Part shown: positions 51,145-61,324 of the stretch, in pieces
Numbering within the stretch: the first letter of the stretch is position 1
How the letters are laid out: every line of letters starts with the position of its first letter
Assembly (NCBI GenBank): GCA_964016885.1
Contig: OZ024744.1
Span: 100,874,001 to 100,938,000, forward strand
DNA length: 64,000 nt
Direction: 5' to 3'
DNA from: Eledone cirrhosa
Lineage: Eukaryota
Notes under the pieces: generated by a model
What the model saw: the letters and a program-made list of their open reading frames with translations, nothing else
Databases searched by the model: none
What the model was told of the DNA's origin: nothing
Position numbers and translations under genes: made by a program

Positions 51145-52535
51145 TCATCATCATCGTCATTTTATGTCTGCTTTATCCTGCTTGCTAGGGTGGGACGGGT
51201 CCTATTCAGCACAGCATCTCTCCACTTGTCACGGTCCTTCGTCATCTCCGTGAGCTTCAGCGATCTGAGATCTGTTCTTACCACCTCCGCCTATGATTTT
51301 TGTGGTCTATCTCTACCATGTCTTCTTTCAACTGGCATTTCCTGGCACTTCTTCATCCATCGGTCATCCTCCATGTGCATCACATGTCCATACCATCGCT
51401 GTCTCCTCTCCCGCACACTACAATTTATCCCTCTCAGACACAGTTTCTCTCTCAACACATCCATGCTCGGTCGTTCACGCACATTGACATTGCACATCCA
51501 ACAGAGCATGCTTGCCTCATTTCTCTCCAGCCGTCGCATATCCTCTGCAGTTGCTGCCCATGTCTCACTACCCTGCAGCATCACGCTCCTCACACAGGCA
51601 TCATACAACCGACCTTTCGTACACAGGGAGAAACCCTTATTCGTCAGCAGAGGAAGCAAAACCCGTCCTTATTCTAGATACTATGGCCTCGGAACACCCC
51701 CTCCCCTTCCATGTTAATCTGATCACCTAGGTACTGGAAGCTATCAACCACTTCTATAGCACCCACCTGCATTTGAAAAATGTGTCTATCAATGCGACTT
51801 CTGTCAAATTTCCCTGTACATCTACTACATACGTATTTCTCCCTACCTGTTAGTTTGCCTGCTATCCCACTACATCTCTTGTGTACCCAAGATCTGCATT
51901 GTGTACATTTTATAGAATTTATGCCAGTTCCTTTTCTGCATATTGAACATGGCTATTTCCCTGATTTCAATCAGAGTTTTGTCCTCTTTTATACTCATCA
52001 ACACTTCTGTCTTAGCTAGGTTCACTCTTAGTCCTCTTGCTTCCAACTGCTGCTTCCATAGCCAGAATTTATTCTCTAGCTCCTCTACTGATTCTGCTAT
52101 AAGAACCAGATCGTCAGCATAGAGAAGTTCCCATGGACAGCCAGTCTTAAACTCCTCTATTATGGCTTGGAGGACTATAATGAACAAGAGCAGGCTGAGG
52201 ACTGAACCCTGATGTACTCCTCCTTGTATCTGGAATTTCTCACTAAACTCCATTCCTACCCTGACTTTACTGACAGTACCTCTGTACAAAGCTTGCACTG
52301 TCCTCACAAGCCATTCCTCAACACCTAGTTTCGTTAGGGACCACCAGATGACAAATCGGGGTACCCTATCAAAGGCCTTCTCTAGGTAAAAAAAAGCTAA
52401 GTATAGTGGCTTATTCTTCTCTAAGAACCTCTCTTGCAATTGTCTCACTAAGAAGAGGCATCTCTTGTACTTTTCCCAGGCACAAAACCAAACTACATCT
52501 CATCTGGGTTGACCCTTTCTCTAATTAGTTGCGCT
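51145..52535 (-). mobile_element. RTE subfamily B RT-to-tail fragment
   Basis: ORFs 51870-52448 (YADD) and 51291-51659; tail-to-tail with the preceding copy. Confidence 0.92.
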
Positions 52536-52689
52536 ATATATATATTTATGTTTAGTGGTTCACCAAAGGATAGAACTGGTTATTCCTTTTAGCTAACCAT
52601 CTTGTAATAGTAGGAAAAGCACTCTACATTATGTAACTCATCCATCATTAATGTTGAATCCCATAGCTGGTGCAGGAACTGAGTTATAT

Positions 52690-53150
52690 ATTGGTGTGAT
52701 TAAAATAACAGGAGGCTTGATTGGAAATATCCCTTCAAAGTTTTAATGTTGCAAAAAACACTATATATATTTTAATGGTTACATAAGGCTCTGGTGACAT
52801 CATCAGGTGCAGATGGCATAATTAGTTAATCAATGAAAGGAATTACAGCAAACACAGAGAATAGAGAACATATTTGATTTGGAGATGGCCCACGAATGTG
52901 TTGTTGTTGTTGCGGGAGATCATCTACCACAACAGTAACGCTGATTTCACGGCCATCTCCAAATCAAATATTTTAAAAATTCTGTTTGTGACTGATGTAA
53001 TTCCTTCTATTAACTAATTATGCAATCCACACCTGATAATGTCATGAGGATCTTACGTAATGAGGCCATTGAAATATATATAGTGTTTTTTGAAACAATA
53101 AAATTTTAAAGGGATATATATCACCAGTCCGGCCTCTTATTTAAATCAAA
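52690..53150. mobile_element. Older fold-back element with hammerhead-like cores
   Basis: Arms ~52700-52890 and 52952-53148; CTGATGA/CTGATAA...GAAATATATA. Confidence 0.65.
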
Positions 53151-53152
53151 TT

Positions 53153-53435
53153 ATCATCATCATCGTTTAACATCCATTTTCCATGTTAGAATGGGTAGGA
53201 CAGGCTGTCCTGTTATGAGATATCCAGGTCGGAGGACTGTGTTTTGGTTACACTGAACTGATATTGGCTTGGTTTCTATGGCTGGATGTCCTTCCTAATG
53301 CCAACCACATTTACAGTGTGTGCTGGGTGCTTTTTATTGAGACACCTACATGACCTAGTGTAAACTAGGGACTTGGGTGGAGTGGGGTGGGGAAGATGCA
53401 TGGTGAATTGGGGAGGGAGGTATAGAAGTGGGATG
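53153..53435 (-). mobile_element. RTE 3' tail (old)
   Basis: Reverse complement of the RTE 3' UTR. Confidence 0.7.
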
Positions 53436-53703
53436 AATTATATATATATATATATATATAATAATACAAGGACGATTTGTTAAGCCTTCATTAAGTCTAT
53501 TGATTGGTGACACTATTGATCAGCTCAAGGTTCGATCTGGCCTGACTCTAGAATCAAAAGCTCGTTGGACCTCTGTTGTTGTAATGACATAATGTAATGA
53601 CATTGTAATGACATCAGAACAACAGAGGTCCAACAAGCTTTTGATTCCAGAGTCGGGCCAGATCAATACAGATCTAACCTTGTCAATACAAATCGTCCTT
53701 ATA

Positions 53704-53827
53704 CTCTGAGTTCAAATCCCGCCGAAGTTAACTTTGCCTTTCATCCTTACGGGGTCGATAAAATAAAGTACCGGTAATATACTGGGATAATTGCTGGCCT
53801 TGTGCCAAAAGTAGAAACAATTATTAT
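53704..53827 (+). mobile_element. SINE family 1, 5'-truncated
   Basis: B box to tail. Confidence 0.88.
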
Positions 53828-53940
53828 ATTATACTCTGTCTAGCTCTACACTTCACCACTGACGTGAACCTAAACATTGAGTGTTCACCTGGGTGAACCT
53901 ACAGTAACTTCACGTTACACTCCCTGGATATATATATATA

Positions 53941-54280
53941 TCATCATCATCATCATCATCACCGTTTTACGTCCGTTCTTCCATGCTAGCATGGGTTAGA
54001 CGGGTTGTCCTGTTGTGGGCAGTGTCTGGTCGGCTGACCATGCCTTGCTCATACAGGAACTGATTTGGCTTGATTTCTACAGCTGGATGCCCTTCCTAAC
54101 ACCAACCTCATTTATAGTGAGTGCTGGGTGCTTTTTCGTGGTGCCTACACGTCCACTTTACAGTGTGGGCTGGGTGCTTTTTTGCCGTGGCACCTCCACG
54201 ACCACCTTGCAGTGGGAGGGTGTGGGGGGCATATTGTCTATATGCTTCAGCTTGTACCCATGGGAGGTCGGGTACTCTGT
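53941..54280 (-). mobile_element. RTE family A 3' UTR/tail
   Basis: Near-identical reverse copy of 35826-36140. Confidence 0.9.
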
Positions 54281-54523
54281 ATCCCACTTCTATACCTCCC
54301 TCCCCAATTCACCATGCATCTTCCCCACCCCACTCCACCCAATATTATATATATATTATTATAAATGTAGGCTATCGCTGTATTAAAGAAATGTCAAAAT
54401 TAAAGAAATTATTAATTAAATGTCAAAATTAAAGAAATTATTAATTAAATGTCAAAATTAAAGAAATTATTTAGCCTGATAGTGGGGTTAAGAACCCTCA
54501 GAGAAATGGAAAAAGATGAGTAT

Positions 54524-54595
54524 TGACGTACATGGGAGACGAACCCACATCTTTGGTTATCCAGACCACTGTGCTACCATTTACACCAACACATC
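54524..54595 (-). ncRNA. tRNA-like cloverleaf embedded in a repeat (not a bona fide tRNA gene)
   Basis: GATGTGT-TG-GTGT-AAATGGTA-GCAC-A-GTGGT-CTGGATA-ACCAA-AGAT-GTGGG-TTCGTCT-CCCAT-GTACGTC-A; several G-U pairs and mismatches. Confidence 0.6.
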
Positions 54596-55085
54596 ACCCA
54601 TCTTTTCCCATTCAAATTAGAAGCTATAATCTTAGCAACTGTAAATGTCAAATAAGAATATTTTCGAAACAACGAGCGTGTTTGAAATTATAAATGTAAG
54701 CTATCGCCGTATTTTGACTAAAGAAATTAAAGAAAATTATTTAGCCTGATAAAGAACCCTCTGAGAAATGGAAAAAGATGAGTATGTACGTCAATACTCA
54801 TCTTTTTCCATTTCTCCGAGGGTTCTTAACCCCACTATCAGGCTAAATAATTTCTTTAATTTCTTTAGTCAAAATACGGCGATAGCTTACATTTATAATA
54901 ATTTCAAACCCGCTCGTTGTTTCGAAAATATTCTTACTATATATATATATATATGCTTGAATCTTATGTTTATATGTATATATGTGATTGGCTAGTTGAG
55001 TTCTTTATTTGGCGTGAATTCCTTTGTTTGAATTCAGCTCCCAAGTCACGTGTTTTAGTCTGTGATATGTTGCTTCCCCCTTTAA

Positions 55086-55306
55086 CCCTTTAGCATTTAA
55101 ACCAGCCATATCCGGCCAGAATTCTCTCACCTTTTTCTGTTCAAACTGGATGTAACTGGCCACTCATACTGATGTTAAGGTATTGTTCTGAAAATAAATA
55201 ACATCAAAATCTCATAGATTCTATATTATGTGAGATAATTATGAGAGATAAAGCCATTACGACGGAAATACTACAATATATATAGATTAATGTAAATGCT
55301 AAAGGG
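55086..55306. mobile_element. piggyBac-type MITE, complete
   Basis: TTAA|CCCTTTAGCATTTA...TAAATGCTAAAGGG|TTAA. Confidence 0.9.
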
Positions 55307-55673
55307 TTAAAGGGTAAGGTGTAAAATTAGCTAGGACTACTGATTCCATATCCTGTGCCAATGGCTAACACACCTTGTATGGAACTATCGTATGACTCAG
55401 ACTTCCTTGCTGATAAGTGTAACAGCCTGGTTGCGTAAATACATGATTTTCTGAACATTGAAGATCTGTATCTTCATTTGTGAATATATGTTCTACAGAA
55501 ACGATATCGTCCAAGGGATAAGAGTTTCACCTTTCTCTCTAAACACCGCCACCGTGTCTGTTAAAACTAAATGTGTGCACTCTGAACGGTTGATTGTAAC
55601 TCCATTATTGCAACTCAGAAAAATTCAGTAAGTGAGCTAGACACTGACCGGAGACCATTAAATTAATACCAAA

Positions 55674-55862
55674 GGGCGGTGGATTGGCAGTATTGGTAGA
55701 GGGTCGGACGCCATGCTTTCCAGCATAGTTACGTCCCTTTACGATCTGAGTTCAAATCCCGCCGAGGTTGACTTTGCCTTTCATCCTTACGGGGTCGATA
55801 AAATAAAGCACCAGTAATGAACTGGGTAATTGCTGGCCTTGTGCCTAAAGTAGAAACAATTA
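55674..55862 (+). mobile_element. SINE family 1
   Basis: Full length; direct repeat attaaattaatacca on both sides. Confidence 0.92.
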
Positions 55863-55883
55863 AATTAATACCAGTGATCTTCG

Positions 55884-55945
<62 letters not shown>

Positions 55946-55948
<3 letters not shown>

Positions 55949-56166
55949 TGGGTGAAGAAGTGCCAGGAAATGCCAGTTGAAGGAAGACGTGGTAGAGGTA
56001 GACCACGAAAAACATGGGCGGAGGTGGTGAGAACAGACCTCAGATCGCTGAAGCTCACGGTGGAGATGACGAAGGACCGTGACAAGTGGAGAGATGCTGT
56101 GCTGAATAAGACCCGTCCCACCCATGCAAGCAGGGAAGAGCGGACGTAAAATGATGATGATGATGA
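55946..56166 (+). mobile_element. RTE subfamily B 3' end
   Basis: KKCQEMPVEGRRGRGRPRKTW; tail cccgtcccacccatgcaagcagggaagagcggacgtaaa(atg)n. Confidence 0.9.
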
Positions 56167-56595
56167 TATAGCAATCGTAATAATAAGCCATATATGTTAT
56201 GTTTGTCTACATCTCTGTCTGTAACTCTTTAAGATTTACACACACAAACATACCTATACACACACACAACACATTTCCTCTCAGTCATTGTTACTACAAG
56301 AAGTTCACTTTCCAATCACAAGATCCTGGCTTCTAACCCTACATCTGTTCCTGTAAATAATTATTTCTCCAAAGTTATTCATATATTTAACCCTGTTGTA
56401 TCATTTGTACATATATGCTGAACATTTGTGAGATAATATACTAGAAATAAATTATTAAAATGTCATTCTTATCTTTAATCACTTCCATGTGTTAGTAACT
56501 AACATAAACTATAGGGTTTCTCTTATGCAAATCATAAATTTATCAAAAATCAAGTTTCCCAGTTTTTTTAAGAATGTTAATATTGTGTTTCTTCA

Positions 56596-57183
56596 TACAC
56601 AAATACATTCAGACAGACACAGACACATACAGACACACACACACGCGCACACACACACAGACACATACATACATACACACATACAGACACACACACACAC
56701 ACACACATACAGATGCACAGACACGCACAGACACGCACACATACAGACACACAGACACACAGACGCACACAGACGCACACGCGCATAGACGCACAGACGG
56801 ACACAGACGCGCACACGCGCACCCACACACATAGACACACACACACATAGACACACACACACATAGACACACACACACATAGACACACACACACATAGAC
56901 GCACACACAGACGCACACACAGACGCACACACACACAGACACACACACACACATAGACACACACACACACATAGACACACACAGACACATACAGACACAC
57001 GTGCGCATACAGACACACACACATACAGACACACACACACAGACACACACACAGACACATAGACACATGCATACATGCACGTAGACACACACACATAGAC
57101 ACATACAGACGCCCCCCCCCCCCCCCCACCCCCACCCCACACACACACAATACACACACACACACACACACACATGCACACAC
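56596..57183. repeat. Compound (CA)n/(CAGA)n microsatellite
   Basis: Direct inspection. Confidence 0.97.
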
Positions 57184-57292
57184 TTAGATTAGTATCTGAG
57201 AGTAATATTTTCATAGAAATTGGTAGGATTTTTAAATTGATGAGAGCGTTAATATTTTGTGTCTGTCTGGTCGGACATTTGCATTATTTACA

Positions 57293-58000
57293 AGTTCAAA
57301 TCCCTCCGAGGTTCACTTTGCCTTTAATCCTTACGGGGTCGATAAAATAAAGTACCAGTAATGTACTGGGTAATTGCTGGCCTTGTGCCAAAAAGTAGAA
57401 ACAATTATTATTATTATTATTTTTATAATAAGGGCGGTGGATTGGCAGTGTCGGTAGTGGGTCTGACGCCATGCTTTGCAAACACTAATCTATGTACTAT
57501 ACATGCACCTTTGATGAGCTGTAGTGCACCTGAGCATGGTACACAATAATTTCATTATTATTATTGGTGGATTGGCAGTATCGATAGAGGGTCGGACGCT
57601 ATGCTTTGCAGCATAGAGTTACGTCCCTTTACGGTCTGATTTAAAATCCCGCCGAGGTTAACTTTGCCTTTCATCCTTACGGGGTCGATAAAATAAAGTA
57701 CCAGTAATACACTGGGTAATTTGCTGGCCTTGTGCCAAAAAGTAGAAATCATTATTATTATTTCAAGGGCGGTGGATTGGCAGTATCGGTAGCGTATCAG
57801 ACACTGTGATTTTGTGGCATAGAGCTACGCCCCTTTAGGTTCTGAGTTCAAATCCTGCTGAGGTTAACTTTACCTTTCATCCTTACGGGATCGATAAAGT
57901 ACCAATAATGCACTGGGGTAGATTTAATCAACTTTCCTCCTCCCCCCAAATTTCTGGCCTTGTGCCTATAATAGAAATCATTATTATTATTATTATTATT
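57293..58000 (+). mobile_element. Head-to-tail cluster of four SINE family 1 pieces plus a CR1 3' tip
   Basis: SINEs at ~57293-57420, 57432-57480, 57565-57762 and 57767-58000; 57500-57563 matches the CR1 tail at 3424-3484. Confidence 0.88.
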
Positions 58001-58004
58001 TCAG

Positions 58005-58103
58005 GGAGATGCTGATAAAGCAAAGACAATCCAGAGAATTTATGAAGACTTTGAATGGTTACATCATTGCCTAACTGCCCAGAACGACATCAGTGGGCTT
58101 ATT
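58005..58103 (+). CDS. Next coding exon of the same PX-domain gene
   Basis: Acceptor atttcAG|GGA and donor ATT|GTAAGT; 99 nt, phase 0-0: GDADKAKTIQRIYEDFEWLHHCLTAQNDISGLI. Contains the PX signature R-x-Y-x-D-F-x-W-L-H and ends at GLI, just before the expected proline-rich motif. Confidence 0.88.
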
Positions 58104-58120
58104 GTAAGTTTCATATCGCT

Positions 58121-58307
58121 TTCGTTATTGCCTTTCGTTATTGCCTTTCGTTATTGCCTTTTGTTATTGTTTTTCGTTATTGTCTTTTGTTATTGTTTTT
58201 CGTTATTGTTTTTCGTTATTGTTTTTCGTTATTTTCTTTTGTCTTTCATTATTGTCTTTTGTTATTGTCTTTGTTATTGTCTTTTGTTATTGTCTTGTTA
58301 TTGTCTT
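58121..58307. repeat. 12-bp minisatellite (GTTATTGTCTTY), left part
   Basis: Continues at 62446-62625 on the other side of the hAT element. Confidence 0.92.
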
Positions 58308-60097
58308 CATGGGTTGGAAAAAATTAATTGGTTAAAAATTAATTGCAATTAATTGGGCCAATTAATTGATTGGGGATCCCTTCCAATTAAAAAATTGTTT
58401 CTGGAAAAAGGAATTGCAATTAATTGGAACATGGTTGAACATCATAGCTCTAAACGTCTTTTATTGAGAGAAAGAAAATCTTTTTTGTTATTTTGCGTTC
58501 GAACTCCCCGATGATAACTACTGATTCGCACGCCTCGTTCACAGAAGAATTCCAAAACAACTTCCTTTTTAACGTTTTTATGTAATCACGATCACTAATC
58601 TAGATTTTAAGTACTGAGAAACATTTTTATGATTATATAAATGACCATGTCTACAAATGAACGAATCGTAAAAAGGTATTTCAATAGAATAGACGATGAC
58701 ACTGGCTTTTGGAAATGCAAATGCGGAAAAGAGTTAAGCCAAAAGAAAGAAACTGGTTGGAGTAATTTGATGAATCATGTCAAAAGCCAACATCCAGAGC
58801 ACTCAAATTTACAGGAAAACTAACAAAAAACATTATCGAAATTTGTCACAGAAAATTCTTCTAAAAGTGGAACAGTGAGTCGTTCTGCATTAAACGTGTA
58901 TGGTTGGATTGAATGGGTATGCGTTAGTTTAAAACCGTTTTCTTTTGTCGAAGACCCATTAACTTGAAAATATACCAATTTGGGCTCTATGGCCAATGTT
59001 ACTCTGAAGAAATATATGAGTAAACTCACTTTAGAAGTAGAAAAAAAGATATTGAATCAACTCCCAGGAAAATTTGCGCTAGTTATCGATGACTGGAGTA
59101 AGGGATCAACACACTTCATTGGGCTTTTTGCCTCCTACCCTTGGAATGATAAAAAGGGATACCGGTCAGCTTTGATATCATTTTCACCACTGATGAACGA
59201 AACCTCATTCACTGCTTCCGACCACGTGGTTTTTATTGAATACACGTTAAGTCTATATGAAAAAAGTTTAGAAAATATCGTTGCGATTATTGGTGATAAC
59301 GCTGAAGTCAATAAATCAATAGCGAAACTGTCTGGTATCCCTTTGATTGGTTGTGCTTCCCATAAATTTAACTTAGAAGTTTTTGCTTATTTAGAAAAGG
59401 AGAAAATTTTACTCAATAAAATCGAGCTGATGGGAAAATTGAAATCTTTCAAACTTGCGGGCAAATTAAGAGAACAGACAGCACTAAAACCCCTTCAAAG
59501 AAATATAACACGTTGGTCAAGTACATTTGATATGATTGAAAGGTTTAGTCAAATTGAAATTTTTTTGGAATCTTTTAAGGATGACGCTAAATTCATTGAT
59601 TATCTTTTGATACCTCGGGAATGCAAAGATCTCAGAAACCTGGAAGAGAATTTGAGAAAACTGCGTTCAGTTACAGATGCTTTACAATGAGAAGAAATTG
59701 ATTTGTGGGATGTTCGAGTTCTCTTCAATGAAATACTCCTCTTTTATCCATATGAAGTGTGGGGCTGTGTGGAGGAGGTGACCGGAAGCTGGGGACGCTT
59801 GACCGGTGGCGGCGGAGGAGCGACGTGAGATGCGTTTCCGAGGCGGCGTCTGCATGGGCATCTCTCGTGGTGAAAGACAGAGGTACCAGATGAAGCTGCA
59901 GCTTGGCGAATGGATTATAACACGAAGATTGATGCACAGCTTTGAGTGAACCAGCAGACTTGCGGTAAGTGAAATAGCTTTCTCACCACAAGCTATTTCG
60001 GCACATGAAGACTTACAATTGAAAAAAAACAATAAGGGACAAAGCTACTTGAAAACAAAGACTATCTTGTTTTATTACTTACCGCAGGACTAAAGAG

Positions 60098-60800
60098 ATG
60101 GCGACAAGATTACGGTTGAGCGGTGAAGTACTTAAAGCTTTCACCGGTGAAGGAGACGTTATCGCTTGGATGCGAAAGGTCCGGGTGGTCGCCGAGCTAG
60201 AAAAGATAGACGATGTGGCCGGTCTCATGGCGCTATATCTCAAGGGGGATGCACTAGCATTGTACCTCGAGATGGAAGAAATCAGCCAGAGGGACGCGCA
60301 AAGAATTGAACGACGTATGATGGAAGCGTTTGCGGCAGGTCCGTGTACCGCGTTTGCCAAGCTGGCAAGGATAAGGTGGGAAGGTCAGCGTGTGGATATT
60401 TTTGCTGCGGAGATAAGGAGATTGGCCATGCTGGCGGGGTTTCAGTGCGAGTGTGCAGTGCGGCTGGCATTTATAAACGGATTTCTGGGTGACATCGCGG
60501 TGAGACTGCAGCAAATACCTAGCTACAAGGAAATGGAGATGTGAACATTGGTAGAGCAAGCCCGAATCATAGCAGAGGATGCCAAGAAGAGTGTTGCGGC
60601 AATAGCGGCGATGGAGGCCCGAGGCAACCGACAGCGAAATGCCGAAAGGGTGACAAACACGCCCGCGCACATTTAGGGGTCGTTGTTATAGGTGCCAGGG
60701 TGCGCACATGGCGAGAGATTGCAAGGAGTTGAAACCAGACATAATTTGCTACCCGTGTAGGCAGCCGGGCCACATTGCTACCAATTGTAACCAGGGAAAC
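60098..60800 (+). pseudogene. Gag with two zinc knuckles
   Basis: ORF 60098-60544, then CYRCQGAHMARDC (60684-60722) and CYPCRQPGHIATNC (60747-60788); slippery GGGAAAC at 60794-60800. Confidence 0.88.
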
Positions 60801-60856
60801 GGTCCAAGGGGGGCTATTGTGGTGGTAGCTAGCCCTCGAGTGTAGAGGCGCTGCCT

Positions 60857-61324
60857 GTGGTGAAAGTCCTGGTGAAGGGAAAGCCATTACGAGCCCTCGT
60901 GGACACGGGATGTACAACAACACTGGTGACTACGGGGGTGGTGGAAAAGTGGAGAGGGAAGAGCATCATAAGGGCAGTCGATGGCAGGAAGATTGAAGGT
61001 AGAGGTCGCAGCGAGGTGGAGATGGTGGTAAGGGGAAAGAGAATTAGGCTTTCAGCCTTTGTGGTCGACTGCGTAGTGGATGGGATTGACGTGGTCATGG
61101 GCATGGACGCGATTGGCCGATTAGGAGGCATCACAGTGAACAATGTCGGAGTAACATTTGGTGGCGCTGCACCAGCATGCGCTGTGAGTACGTGTCAGGA
61201 GGGCGAGAAGGCCGACGAGGAAAAATATGCCGCTCACACCATACAGGATATGGACTTTAAGCCGTGTTCGACGGGCAATGATGGATTGCTGAGTGGTACT
61301 GGAAGGGAGAACCGCCAACACTGA
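60857..61324 (+). pseudogene. Retropepsin aspartic protease
   Basis: ALVDTGCTTT and DVVMGMD motifs. Confidence 0.9.

Noticed and set aside
58055-58352. Hydrophobic 'membrane protein' ORFs (also 62447-62680)
   Set aside because: Read-through of the 12-bp minisatellite; the real coding part ends at the 58103 donor.
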